Numbered from the stretch's first letter, positions 27,742-36,370 are shown. The stretch: 64,000 nt of DNA from Anaerolineales bacterium (GCA_034432535.1 DAOUBR010000079.1:20290-84289); one strand, 5' to 3'. Numbers and translations are program-made. The notes: generated from the letters alone by a model not told the origin.

Positions 27742-27984
27742 CTACTGCCGAACCACCGTCCGCAAGGGAATATCCGCCACCAGACGCTGCTCCCGCCCGT
27801 CGCGCTCCAATTCGATGCGCACCGCTTCGGGGTCAATATCAATGTAATTGGAAATCGCCTTCAAGAGGTCGTTTTTCAACGCTTCCAACTGCGCGGGCGA
27901 TAAATCCGTGCGGTCGTGAATCAACACCAATTGCAGGCGCTCCTTCGCGCTGGCGGCGCTGCGTTTGCGAGAAAAGAAGCCCAT
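27742..27984 (-). CDS. minE: cell division topological specificity factor MinE
   Basis: 80 aa with N-terminal MGFFSRKRSAASAKERLQL, typical of MinE; adjacent to minD. Confidence 0.9.
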   Translation of the reverse strand: MGFFSRKRSAASAKERLQLVLIHDRTDLSPAQLEALKNDLLKAISNYIDIDPEAVRIELERDGREQRLVADIPLRTVVRQ

Positions 27985-27987
27985 ATC

Positions 27988-28785
27988 TCATTTCCTCCCG
28001 GTCAGCCTTTGAATGGCGCTCCACAAGCCGCCCTGCTGATCGAGTTCCATAAAGGGAACGTCGCGCCCTTGAAGGCGTTGGGCGATGTTGCGAAACGCTT
28101 GCCCGGCGCGGCTCTTCGGGTCGGCGGCGACGGGCGCGCCGCGATTTGAACCGATGATGACGCTCTCGTCTTCGGGGACGACGCCGATGAGTTTAATGCC
28201 GAGCAAATCCAAAACGTCTTCCGCTGAAAGCATGTCGTTATTCCGCACCAGAACCGAATTCAAACGGTTGAGAATGAGGGCGGGCGAGCCTTTTTCCTCC
28301 GCCTCAAGAATGCCCACCACGCGGTCGGCGTCGCGCACGGCGCTGACTTCCGGGTTGGTGACGACCAGCACGCGGTCGGCGGGGGCGATCGCGTTGCGAA
28401 ATCCGCGCTCAATGCCGGCGGGAGAATCAATAATCACGTAATCCGTCTCCTCGCGCAGTTCGTCGCACAGGCGAATCATATCCGAAGGGGAAACGGCGCT
28501 CTTATCGCGGGTTTGCGCCGCGGGGATGAGATGCATTTCGGGGTAACGTTTGTCGCGTATCATCGCCTGCCTGAGTTTGCAGCGCCCCTCGATGACGTCC
28601 ACCAAATCGTACACGATGCGATTTTCCAGCCCCATCACCACGTCGAGGTTGCGCAACCCAATATCGCCGTCAATGCAGACGACTTTTTTCCCGTCCATCG
28701 CCAGCGCGTTGGCGATGTTGGCGACGGCGGTGGTTTTGCCCACGCCGCCTTTTCCCGAAGTTATGGTAATCACTTGTGCGGTCAT
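27988..28785 (-). CDS. minD: septum site-determining ATPase MinD
   Basis: Deviant Walker A SGKGGVGKTT and a C-terminal amphipathic tail; 265 aa. Confidence 0.95.
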   Translation of the reverse strand: MTAQVITITSGKGGVGKTTAVANIANALAMDGKKVVCIDGDIGLRNLDVVMGLENRIVYDLVDVIEGRCKLRQAMIRDKRYPEMHLIPAAQTRDKSAVSPSDMIRLCDELREETDYVIIDSPAGIERGFRNAIAPADRVLVVTNPEVSAVRDADRVVGILEAEEKGSPALILNRLNSVLVRNNDMLSAEDVLDLLGIKLIGVVPEDESVIIGSNRGAPVAADPKSRAGQAFRNIAQRLQGRDVPFMELDQQGGLWSAIQRLTGRK

Positions 28786-28810
28786 ATGAATTCCTGAGAC
28801 ATAAAAATTT

Positions 28811-29482
28811 TTATACGCGCCAGAGTTCGGCTTGCAAAAATCCTTCGTCGTTAATGCTGGCGACTTCGGGTTGCGGATTTTTGCGCGGTTTTAGCATGGC
28901 GGAAACCTGGTCGGCGATTCGCAATTGCGTGGCGGAAAGGTCGAGCGCGCAAATGACCGCTTGACGGTCGCCGTTTGCGCCCGCGTGAATCATGCCGCGC
29001 ACTCTGCCCCAAACGATGACGCTGCCGCCCGCCACAATCTCCGCCCCGGCGTTCACGTCGCCCACGACTACGACGCTGCCGGGATACTCCACCCGCTGAC
29101 CGGAGCGCAGCGTCTTGCGGATGAACAGCGAAAATTCATCGGAAGGAACGTCCATGCGGCGTTCTTCGGGTCTCGGCTTGGAAATGCGCGTGGCAAGACC
29201 CAACAGCTGGGCGGTTTTTTCGGTGACGGGCGATTCGCTCGCCACAGCCCACAGCGTCACCCCGCGCTCGGAAAGCTGGTCGCGGAATTCCACCAGGTCG
29301 TTCACCTTCAACGCCTGCTCGCCGACGTCCAGCGCCAGCCGCGCGCCTGCAAAGAAAGACGGGCGCGCGTCAATTTGAGCGAGCAGGGCGAGGCTCTGCT
29401 CTGCCCACGAAGCGGCGGCGAAGGTCGCCAGCAATCCGTCGCGGATACCCTTAATTTGCACGAGAGAGGATGCGGCTTCCAT
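28811..29482 (-). CDS. minC: septum site-determining protein MinC
   Basis: Its C-terminal beta-helical domain carries GSVVVVGDVNAGAEIVAGGSVIVWG. Upstream of minD. Confidence 0.85.
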   Translation of the reverse strand: MEAASSLVQIKGIRDGLLATFAAASWAEQSLALLAQIDARPSFFAGARLALDVGEQALKVNDLVEFRDQLSERGVTLWAVASESPVTEKTAQLLGLATRISKPRPEERRMDVPSDEFSLFIRKTLRSGQRVEYPGSVVVVGDVNAGAEIVAGGSVIVWGRVRGMIHAGANGDRQAVICALDLSATQLRIADQVSAMLKPRKNPQPEVASINDEGFLQAELWRV

Positions 29483-29707
29483 AAGATAAAGAAATTATAC
29501 CTGAGGCGCTCCCCAAAATGGATAATCGCAAAAACCGCCATCATTTTGCAATTCAACGGCTTTTGCGCGCAAGCGGCGGAGGGGCGCCGCCCGCCGACTA
29601 AAACGCTCGCCCCCACCCAAACGCCCCTTCCCACTCGAACGCCCGCCCCCACCCAAACGCCCAACCCGTTCATCGAGGAAGTTTTTCCGCAGGCAAAAGA
29701 GGCGAAA

Positions 29708-30100
29708 ATGAGCGTGACTTGCGCATTCTTTATACCCGATATTTCCGCCGCCTGCGCTCATTCCGGCGCAAACGGCATGGCGATTACTTACGCTCCATTC
29801 TGCGACAGCGGCGGCGTGGAATGGCAAATCAGTTGGGAAAACGCCACAGAAAAGCGATTTGACCTTTCCGCTTACAAGACGTTTAGCTTTTGGATCAAAG
29901 GCTCAAACAGCGGAAAATTTCTAAGCCTGTACATGCTATTGGATAAGCCAATTCTGGTTGGAGAGCCAAGAATTTCAACCCAATGGCGGCAGGTTAAAAT
30001 TCCTATCGGGCTGCCCGCCGTCGAACAGCTGATTTTCAGGTTTCCGATTATTGCCGCAAAGACGAATTTTTGCCTGGACGACTTCGTTTTTGAGCCTTAA
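29708..30100 (+). CDS. CBM-like small protein; possibly a 5'-decayed lipoprotein gene (frame open from about 29522)
   Basis: C-terminal FDLSAYKTFSFWIKG-type carbohydrate-binding-module pattern. The upstream in-frame segment encodes ..FNGFCAQ.. plus a tandem PT linker (APTQTPLPTRTPAPTQTPNP) but has no convincing ATG or signal peptide. Confidence 0.4.
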   Translation: MSVTCAFFIPDISAACAHSGANGMAITYAPFCDSGGVEWQISWENATEKRFDLSAYKTFSFWIKGSNSGKFLSLYMLLDKPILVGEPRISTQWRQVKIPIGLPAVEQLIFRFPIIAAKTNFCLDDFVFEP

Positions 30101-30138
30101 CTACGCGCGCAAAACGCTTCTTGCGGTACAATACGGAC

Positions 30139-30408
30139 ATGGATAGCGACGACCCGATTGAATTTCGTATCGGCGTCTTTTTCTACCTTATCGCCGCGTT
30201 TGCGTTTGTCATCTTTGTCGCTTCCGACTTTGCGGACAAACCGGACTTCGACTATTTCTTCTTCGCGCTGCTGCTCTTTGGAGCGGGCTGGTTCTTTCGG
30301 CGCAACAAGAAGCCGCCGCCCCGCGTGGAGCGCTTTGTGCGTTTTAAGGGCTGGCTCTCCAACATGAAGAGCAAAATGTCGTCAGGACCGAAAAAACAAA
30401 AAAAATAA
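30139..30408 (+). CDS. small two-TM membrane protein with basic tail, hypothetical
   Basis: Two hydrophobic helices followed by KKPPPR...KKQKK. Immediately precedes the CoA-transferase gene. Confidence 0.4.
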   Translation: MDSDDPIEFRIGVFFYLIAAFAFVIFVASDFADKPDFDYFFFALLLFGAGWFFRRNKKPPPRVERFVRFKGWLSNMKSKMSSGPKKQKK

Positions 30409-30409
30409 C

Positions 30410-31312
30410 ATGTCCAAACTCATCTCTCTCAAAGAAGCCGTTTCTCAGTTCGTGAACGACGGCGAAATCGTGTACGCCGCGGGATTCACGCATCTCATCC
30501 CTTTCGCCGCCGGGCATGAGATTATCCGTCAAGGCAAAAAGAATCTGACGCTGGCGCGCGCCACGCCGGATTTAATTTACGACCAGATGGCCGCCGCGGG
30601 CTGCGCCAAAAAGGTCATCTTCTCTTACATGGGCAACCCCGGAGTCGGCTCGCTGCGAATCGTCCGCGCCGCCATCGAAAAAGGCGAGCTGGAATGGGAA
30701 GAATACTCCCACTTCGGCATGATTACCCGCCTGCAAGCAGGCGCGGCGGGACTCCCCTTCCTGCCGATGAATCAAACCGGAGCGACGGACCTCGAGCGGG
30801 CGAATTCGAACATCAAGCGCATCCCCGACCCTTACGGCGGAAAAGATGTGATTGTCGTCCCCGCGCTAAATCCCGACGTGGCAATTGTTCACGTCCAGCG
30901 GGCGGATAAAAACGGCAACGCGCACTTGTGGGGCATTATCGGCGAACAAAAAGAAGCCGCCTTCGCCGCGCGCAAAGTCATCCTCACCGCCGAAGAGATT
31001 GTAGACGAGCAGGTCATCCGCTCCGACCCCAATCGCACGATGATTCCCGCGAACATCGTCAGCGCGGTGTGCCATGTCCCCTATGCCTGTCATCCCAGTT
31101 ACGCGCAGGGCTATTACGACCGCGACAACGAGTTCTACCTCGCGTGGGATAAAATCAGCTCGTCCGAAGAAAGCGTCAAGGCGTATCTGGACGAATGGGT
31201 GTACGGCGTGAAAGACCGCGAAGAATATTACGCCAAACTGGACGCGGACGTCCGCGAGCGTTTGAAGGTTCAGCCGCGACACAGCGAGAAGATTAATTAC
31301 GGGCAGTATTAG
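30410..31312 (+). CDS. CoA-transferase subunit A family protein (glutaconate/3-oxoacid type)
   Basis: The MSKLISLKEAVSQFVNDGEIVYAAGF... N-terminus and a length of 300 aa fit family I CoA-transferase A subunits. Confidence 0.75.
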   Translation: MSKLISLKEAVSQFVNDGEIVYAAGFTHLIPFAAGHEIIRQGKKNLTLARATPDLIYDQMAAAGCAKKVIFSYMGNPGVGSLRIVRAAIEKGELEWEEYSHFGMITRLQAGAAGLPFLPMNQTGATDLERANSNIKRIPDPYGGKDVIVVPALNPDVAIVHVQRADKNGNAHLWGIIGEQKEAAFAARKVILTAEEIVDEQVIRSDPNRTMIPANIVSAVCHVPYACHPSYAQGYYDRDNEFYLAWDKISSSEESVKAYLDEWVYGVKDREEYYAKLDADVRERLKVQPRHSEKINYGQY

Positions 31313-31320
31313 GCAAGCGA

Positions 31321-31356
31321 AAAACGGATAAAGCGAAACTTCATCCGTTTTTTTAT
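31321..31356 (+). terminator. rho-independent terminator
   Basis: AAAACGGAT...ATCCGTTTT stem followed by a T-run. Confidence 0.6.
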
Positions 31357-31402
31357 CTTTCCCGCCGGCGCCGAGCCGGCTCCAAACGGCTTCGCAAGAG
31401 TA

Positions 31403-31425
31403 GCCCGGACATTGAATGTCCGGGC
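31403..31425. other. isolated perfect 10-bp hairpin in a 200-nt non-coding spacer
   Basis: GCCCGGACAT-tga-ATGTCCGGGC with no flanking T-run. Confidence 0.5.
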
Positions 31426-31505
31426 GGGATTGGCGGGGGCGGACGTCTGCGCCGCAACGCATCGTTCCCGAATGGAGATTCATTTTGCTACACGCATATC
31501 GCGGC

Positions 31506-31534
31506 TTGACGCAATACCCCTCCTGTGATATTCT
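31506..31534 (+). promoter_or_regulatory. candidate sigma70-type promoter of the tetR-ABC operon
   Basis: TTGACG, 17-nt spacer, then TATTCT. Confidence 0.4.
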
Positions 31535-31550
31535 TCCCAAATCGTAAACC

Positions 31551-31562
31551 GACTGGTCAGTC
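31551..31562 (+). promoter_or_regulatory. candidate TetR operator half-palindrome
   Basis: GACTG-gt-CAGTC lies between the putative -10 and ATG 31567. Confidence 0.3.
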
Positions 31563-31566
31563 TAAT

Positions 31567-32163
31567 ATGTCAGACAACTTCACTCCCGACACCCGCGAGC
31601 GGATTCTCGAAGCCGCAGTGAAAGTCTTCGCCACCAAAGGCTACCACGACGCTAAAGTGGACGACATCGTAGCCGAATCGAACACCTCCAAAGGCTCGTT
31701 CTACTTCTATTTCCCTAGCAAGCAGGATATTTTCCTCGCGCTGACCGACGCCTTCGCCGATTTGCTCGAAGCCCGGTTAACGCAGGCGATGGCGAAGGAA
31801 AAACACGGGCTGCAGCAAATGAACGCCGCGCTCAAAGCCAGCCTGGGGCTTTTTAGCCAATATCGCGGGTTGGCAAAGATTGCCCTCGTGCAAGCGGTGG
31901 GACTCGGCGCCGCGTTTGAGGAGCGCCGCCGCGCAATGAACGACCGCTTCGCAAAAATCATTCAATCGCGGTTGGAACGCGCGATTCAAGACGGAAGCAT
32001 TCCGCCCTTGCAAACCGAAATCGCCGCCCGCGCGTGGGTCGGAGCTTTGAACGAAATCGTCGTTCACTGGATTTACGTCGGAACTCCCCCGCTGGAAGAA
32101 TCGCTGCCCGAATTGCAAAAATTTCTCGCGCGCTCCATCGGCGCCGCGCAGGATAAAACCTAA
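31567..32163 (+). CDS. TetR/AcrR-family transcriptional regulator
   Basis: N-terminal HTH region RERILEAAVKVFATKGYHDAKVDDIVAESNTSKGSFYFYF. Confidence 0.9.
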   Translation: MSDNFTPDTRERILEAAVKVFATKGYHDAKVDDIVAESNTSKGSFYFYFPSKQDIFLALTDAFADLLEARLTQAMAKEKHGLQQMNAALKASLGLFSQYRGLAKIALVQAVGLGAAFEERRRAMNDRFAKIIQSRLERAIQDGSIPPLQTEIAARAWVGALNEIVVHWIYVGTPPLEESLPELQKFLARSIGAAQDKT

Positions 32164-32183
32164 CTCAAGGAGACTCTATTTCA

Positions 32184-33173
32184 ATGCGTTCGTTCTACAA
32201 AATGTTTGCCTTCGCCCTCGTTTTGGGCTTGTTGCTCGCCGCGTGCGGCGCTCCCGCTGCCGCCCCCGCTCGGACCGAAGCCCCCGTTCAGACCGAAGCC
32301 CCGGCCGTCACGCTCAAAATCGCCGTGCTACCCATCATTGACGCGCTGCCGATGTACGTCGCTCAGCAGGAAGGTTTGTTTGAAAAGAACGGCGTCAAAG
32401 TCGAGCTGATACCGGTGGCTTCCGCGCCGGAACGCGAGCAATTGCTCGCCGCCGGGCAAGCCGACGGCACAATTAACGAAACCCTCGCGGTGATGCTCGC
32501 CAACCGCGAAAAAATTCAAATGCAGGCGGTGCGCTACGCGTTGGTCCCCGCCGAAGGACACGGTCACTTCTTCATCATCGCCTCCGCGAAAAGCGGCATT
32601 ACCGACCCGCAGGGGTTGAAAGGCGTGGAAATCGGCGTTTCGCAAGGCACGGTGATTGAATACGTCACCGAACGGCTGCTGCAAGCGCAAGGCTTTTCCA
32701 AAGACGAAATCAAGACCATCGCCGTTCCGAAGATTCCCGACCGCATGGCGCTGCTGGCTTCGGGCGAATTGAACGCCGGCACGCTGCCCGACCCGCTCGG
32801 CGCGCTCGCCGTTCAGCAAGGCGCGAAGATTATCCTCGACGACGCGAACTATCCCCAATACGGTTTCAGCGTCATCTCCTTCCGCAAAGCCGTGATTGAC
32901 GAGAATCCCGCCGCCGTCAAGGGCTTCCTCGCCGCAATCGAAGAGGCGGTCAAAACGCTGAACGCCGACCCCAAGAAATACGCCAATCTGCTCGCGGAAC
33001 AAAAGCTCGTTCCGCCGCCGCTGATGGAAAGCTACGTCGCGCCGGTTTACCCCGCCGCCGGAATTCCCAGCGAAGCGGAATGGAACGACGCGCTGGCATG
33101 GGCGAAAGAGAAAGGCATGTTAAGCGCCGACGTCTCCTACGCCGATTCCGTGAATAGCTCGCTGCTTCCATAA
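32184..33173 (+). CDS. ABC transporter substrate-binding lipoprotein (NMT1/THI5, NitT/TauT family)
   Basis: Signal peptide with lipobox LLAAC and an SsuA/THI5-like fold pattern. Confidence 0.8.
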   Translation: MRSFYKMFAFALVLGLLLAACGAPAAAPARTEAPVQTEAPAVTLKIAVLPIIDALPMYVAQQEGLFEKNGVKVELIPVASAPEREQLLAAGQADGTINETLAVMLANREKIQMQAVRYALVPAEGHGHFFIIASAKSGITDPQGLKGVEIGVSQGTVIEYVTERLLQAQGFSKDEIKTIAVPKIPDRMALLASGELNAGTLPDPLGALAVQQGAKIILDDANYPQYGFSVISFRKAVIDENPAAVKGFLAAIEEAVKTLNADPKKYANLLAEQKLVPPPLMESYVAPVYPAAGIPSEAEWNDALAWAKEKGMLSADVSYADSVNSSLLP

Positions 33174-33198
33174 ACGACGCGGGTATCCGTTATAATCA

Positions 33199-33236
33199 AA
33201 TGACAGTCGCCTTAGACGGCGGCTGTCATTTTTGCT
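33199..33236 (+). terminator. intra-operon attenuating hairpin after the binding-protein gene
   Basis: ATGACAGTCGCC...GGCGGCTGTCAT followed by TTTTTG. Confidence 0.45.
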
Positions 33237-33992
33237 ATGATAGACGTTCAATCCCTTACCTTTTCTTATCCGCGCGGAAAGCCGATTTTGCAAGATTTTA
33301 ACTGGCAAGTCGCGCGCGGCGAGACCTGGGCGATTCTCGGCGCTTCGGGCTGCGGCAAGACCACGCTGCTTTATCTGCTTGCCGGGCTGCGCTCGCCGAC
33401 GCGGGGAAAAATTGAAATAGACGGCAAGCCGCTGCTGCGCCCGCGCCCGCAAACCGGGCTGATTTTGCAAGATTACGGGCTGCTCCCCTGGGCGACCGTG
33501 CGCGAAAACGCGGAGCTGGGCTTGCGCGTCCGCGAGTTTTACGGAGAGGACGGCAAACACGCGCCCAAAAATTTCCGTCTCGAAAACAACGCCGATTATT
33601 GGCTGCAACGACTCGGGCTAGCGGAACACGCCGAGAAGTTTCCCGCCCAACTTTCGGGCGGACAGCGCCAGCGCGCCGCCATCGCCCGCACTCTCGTTCT
33701 CAAGCCCAACCTGCTGTTGATGGACGAGCCGTTTTCCTCGCTGGACGCCGTCACCCGCGAGGATTTGCAATCGCTGATTTTGGAATTGCGCGCCGAGCAA
33801 AATTTAACGCTAGTCATCGTCACGCACGCCATTGAAGAAGCCGCCGCGCTGGGACGGAAAATCTTGCTGCTCAACGCTTCGCCGCGCATATACGAAAACC
33901 CCAAAGCGGGAACGCCCGCGTATCGCGGTTCGCCCGAATATCAGGCGCTGTGCGGTCAATTAAAAAACGAGATGAAACATGAAACGGCGTGA
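33237..33992 (+). CDS. ABC transporter ATP-binding protein (NitT/TauT family)
   Basis: Walker A GASGCGKTT, signature LSGGQRQR, Walker B LLLMDEP. Confidence 0.95.
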   Translation: MIDVQSLTFSYPRGKPILQDFNWQVARGETWAILGASGCGKTTLLYLLAGLRSPTRGKIEIDGKPLLRPRPQTGLILQDYGLLPWATVRENAELGLRVREFYGEDGKHAPKNFRLENNADYWLQRLGLAEHAEKFPAQLSGGQRQRAAIARTLVLKPNLLLMDEPFSSLDAVTREDLQSLILELRAEQNLTLVIVTHAIEEAAALGRKILLLNASPRIYENPKAGTPAYRGSPEYQALCGQLKNEMKHETA

Positions 33993-34719
33993 ACTCCTCT
34001 TTTCGTTCATCGCGCTGCTTGCGCTTTGGCAAATTGCCGCCCTTCTGCTGCGCCGCGAAATTTTACCGCCGCCGCTTAAAGTCTTCGCCGTTTTGGGCGC
34101 GGAATTGCAAAAGGGGCTGGCGATTCATTTTCTTTACAGCCTATGGCGCGTCGCCGCCGGCATGGCGCTTTCTGTGTTGGTCGCCGCGCCCGTCGGTCTC
34201 GTCATCGGCGGCTCAAAACGGCTGAGCGGAATCTTTTCCCCCTTTATTTACCTGCTCTACCCGATTCCCAAAGTGGTCTTTGTGCCTATCGTTTTGCTGC
34301 TGTTGGGCGTCGGCGATTTGGCGAAAATTACGCTCATTTTCTTAATTTTATTTTTTCAGATTGTCGTGCTGGTGCGCGACCAGGCGGCGAGTCTGCCAGC
34401 GCAGCTGCTCCTCAGTTTACGCAGCCTCGGCGCGGGGCGGCGGGCGCTGTTGCGCTTTGTCTATCTGCCCGCCAGCCTGCCCGCCATTCTCACCGCGCTG
34501 CGCCAATCCATTGGAACGGCGGTGGCGGTGCTTTACATTACGGAACTCTTCGCCACCAAATACGGCTTGGGTTATTATATTTATTACAACGGCAGCGCTC
34601 TGTTCGACTACCCCGCCATGTACGCGGGCATTATCGCCATGAGCGTTTTAGGAATCGGCATGTATTACGCGGTGGATTGGCTTGAACAAAAATTGTGCAA
34701 ATGGAAATTTGCGAGTTAG
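33979..34719 (+). CDS. ABC transporter permease (NitT/TauT family)
   Basis: Six TM helices with an EAA-like loop. Overlaps the ATPase gene end. Confidence 0.9.
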   Translation: MKRRELLFSFIALLALWQIAALLLRREILPPPLKVFAVLGAELQKGLAIHFLYSLWRVAAGMALSVLVAAPVGLVIGGSKRLSGIFSPFIYLLYPIPKVVFVPIVLLLLGVGDLAKITLIFLILFFQIVVLVRDQAASLPAQLLLSLRSLGAGRRALLRFVYLPASLPAILTALRQSIGTAVAVLYITELFATKYGLGYYIYYNGSALFDYPAMYAGIIAMSVLGIGMYYAVDWLEQKLCKWKFAS

Positions 34720-34736
34720 GGCGAGCCTTCCGCCGC

Positions 34737-35627
34737 TTACCAGACGACTATTCCAAGCCAGAACAGCAAACTAAACGCCAGCGCGGTTTGACCGGTCAGC
34801 GCCAACGCGGCGTTAAGCGGACGCCCTTTTTGGGTGAGCGTCGCGCGCGCGGCGCGATACGCGAGAGGAAGAGAAAGCCACGCCGCCAGCCCGCCCCACG
34901 GAACGACGTTTAACCCCGCGGCGAGGGGAACGACCAGATACGCCGCCGCCATGCAAAACAGATATTCAATTTTCGTGCCGCGCTCGCCCAGCCGCACGGC
35001 AAGCGTGCGCTTGTTTCCCTTGCGATCGTTTTCAATATCGCGCAAGTTGTTTACGACAAGAATAGCAGTGACGATCAGCCCCGGCGGGACGGTCATCCAC
35101 CACGCGGCGGCAGAGACGAACCCCGCCTGAACGTAATACGTCCCCGCGACGGCAGCCAGCCCGAAGAAGAGGAAGACGAAGGCGTCCCCCAAGCCGTGAT
35201 AGCCCAGCGGAAAGGGCCCGCCCGTGTAAGCGATTGCGGCGGCGATAGCCGCAATCCCGATGACGGCGACGACCCAGCCGCGCAGCCAAATCAAATATAA
35301 GCCGAGCAGCGCCGCCAAGCCAAAGACAACCGCCATACCGAATTTGACCTGCGCGGGAGTTAACAAGCCCGCCTGAGTGACGCGCGTGGGTCCGAGTCGT
35401 TCGTGCGTATCGGTTCCGCGCTCGAAATCAAACACGTCGTTGGCGAGATTGCTGCCAATTTGCAGCAGCAAAGCCGCCAGCAAACAGACCAGCGCCGCAT
35501 CCAGCCGAAAAACGCCGTCGCGCCAAGCCAATGCCGCGCCCATCGCCACGCCCGAAGCGGCGGCAGGCAGCGTGCGCGGACGAATCCCCAACCACCAGGC
35601 TTCCCAATTAATTCTCGTTTGAGTCAA
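34737..35627 (-). CDS. menA: 1,4-dihydroxy-2-naphthoate polyprenyltransferase (UbiA superfamily)
   Basis: UbiA motifs NDVFDFERGTD and NNLRDIENDRKGNKRTLAV; 296 aa. The TTG start overlaps the upstream stop (TTGA). Confidence 0.8.
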   Translation of the reverse strand: MTQTRINWEAWWLGIRPRTLPAAASGVAMGAALAWRDGVFRLDAALVCLLAALLLQIGSNLANDVFDFERGTDTHERLGPTRVTQAGLLTPAQVKFGMAVVFGLAALLGLYLIWLRGWVVAVIGIAAIAAAIAYTGGPFPLGYHGLGDAFVFLFFGLAAVAGTYYVQAGFVSAAAWWMTVPPGLIVTAILVVNNLRDIENDRKGNKRTLAVRLGERGTKIEYLFCMAAAYLVVPLAAGLNVVPWGGLAAWLSLPLAYRAARATLTQKGRPLNAALALTGQTALAFSLLFWLGIVVW

Positions 35628-36262
35628 GCGTCTTTTCTCCCTTTAATAATTTTTTGTTTCAACATGCTTCCTACAATCGCGCAGGCTTCGGCGGGCAGAT
35701 AATGAGCGGCGGAAGCGTCGAAGAGCGCCTTGCAAGACGAGGGGAAATCTTCGTCGCCAAGCCAGTAAACAAGCAGCAGCGGCATACGCGGCAGCGCGTC
35801 GAAACGGTAAGCCGCGTCGCCGAGCTCGCAACGGATTCCGCCCGCGTTTTCGCACGCGCGGCGGAAGGCTTCCAAATCGAGCGCGAAGGCGCCGGCGATT
35901 TCGTCGCCGGAATACCCCTGAAAGGCGGAGTGATAAACGCGCCCGTTGGGCAATTCGGCGAAAGAGACCCACCTGCCCGTCAGCGGCGCGCCGTCGGCGG
36001 TGAAAAAATAATACAGAAGCAGAGTTTGCAAGAACGAAGGTAGAGGCGCGCCTTGCGCGTCGCGCGCAACCCATTGCGGGAGAGAAATCGCGCGCGGGAT
36101 TCCCCAAAACGAAAAACGAATCGCGTTGTCGGAATACTCCGCGCCGCCAAGAGAAGCGACCAGACGCGGCTCGCGCTTTTGCAGCGCGGCGCGGAGCTCG
36201 TTCGCTCTGGCGGATAAATCCATCTCGCGCTTTTGCAGCGCGGCGCGAAAGTCGGGTTTCAT
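35624..36262 (-). CDS. DUF3786-like protein
   Basis: 212 aa. The pattern ..LLLYYFFTADGAPLTGRWVSFAELPNGRVYHSAFQGY.. and the acs-adjacent position match my recollection of DUF3786. No SD is present; TATAAT lies 7 nt upstream of the ATG. Confidence 0.55.
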   Translation of the reverse strand: MKPDFRAALQKREMDLSARANELRAALQKREPRLVASLGGAEYSDNAIRFSFWGIPRAISLPQWVARDAQGAPLPSFLQTLLLYYFFTADGAPLTGRWVSFAELPNGRVYHSAFQGYSGDEIAGAFALDLEAFRRACENAGGIRCELGDAAYRFDALPRMPLLLVYWLGDEDFPSSCKALFDASAAHYLPAEACAIVGSMLKQKIIKGRKDA

Positions 36263-36269
36263 GCCGCGA

Positions 36270-36275
36270 ATTATA
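36270..36275 (-). promoter_or_regulatory. -10 box (TATAAT) placed for a leaderless DUF3786-menA transcript
   Basis: The minus strand reads TATAAT-tcgcggc-ATG (ATG at 36262). Confidence 0.4.
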
Positions 36276-36335
36276 GCGTCTTTCAGAACCTGTTATGGTA
36301 CTTTTATCTAAATTTATAGTGACAATGTTCATCAT

Positions 36336-36370
36336 TTGCAAAATATTCAAAGCGCTACAATATTTTGTAA
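36336..36370 (+). promoter_or_regulatory. AT-rich 12-bp inverted repeat overlapping a TACAAT -10 box upstream of the acs operon; candidate operator
   Basis: TTGCAAAATATT (36336..36347) and AATATTTTGTAA (36359..36370) are complementary at 11 of 12 positions. The spacer contains AGCGCT. TACAAT lies at 36356..36361. Confidence 0.45.

Noticed and set aside
27988-28785. MinD-type P-loop ATPase considered as the missing CooC/AcsF maturation factor
   Set aside because: It sits in a canonical minC-minD-minE operon and has the MinD C-terminal membrane-targeting tail, 8 kb away from the acs locus.
28925-29500. N-terminal two thirds of the 391-aa plus-strand ORF 28925..30100
   Set aside because: It is antisense to the well-supported minC gene and Arg/His-rich. 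Only the part downstream of about 29520 (PT linker plus CBM-like domain) looks coding.
30866-31540. 224-aa minus-strand ORF spanning the CoA-transferase 3' end and the spacer
   Set aside because: It overlaps a well-supported plus-strand gene and a terminator, and has no family resemblance.
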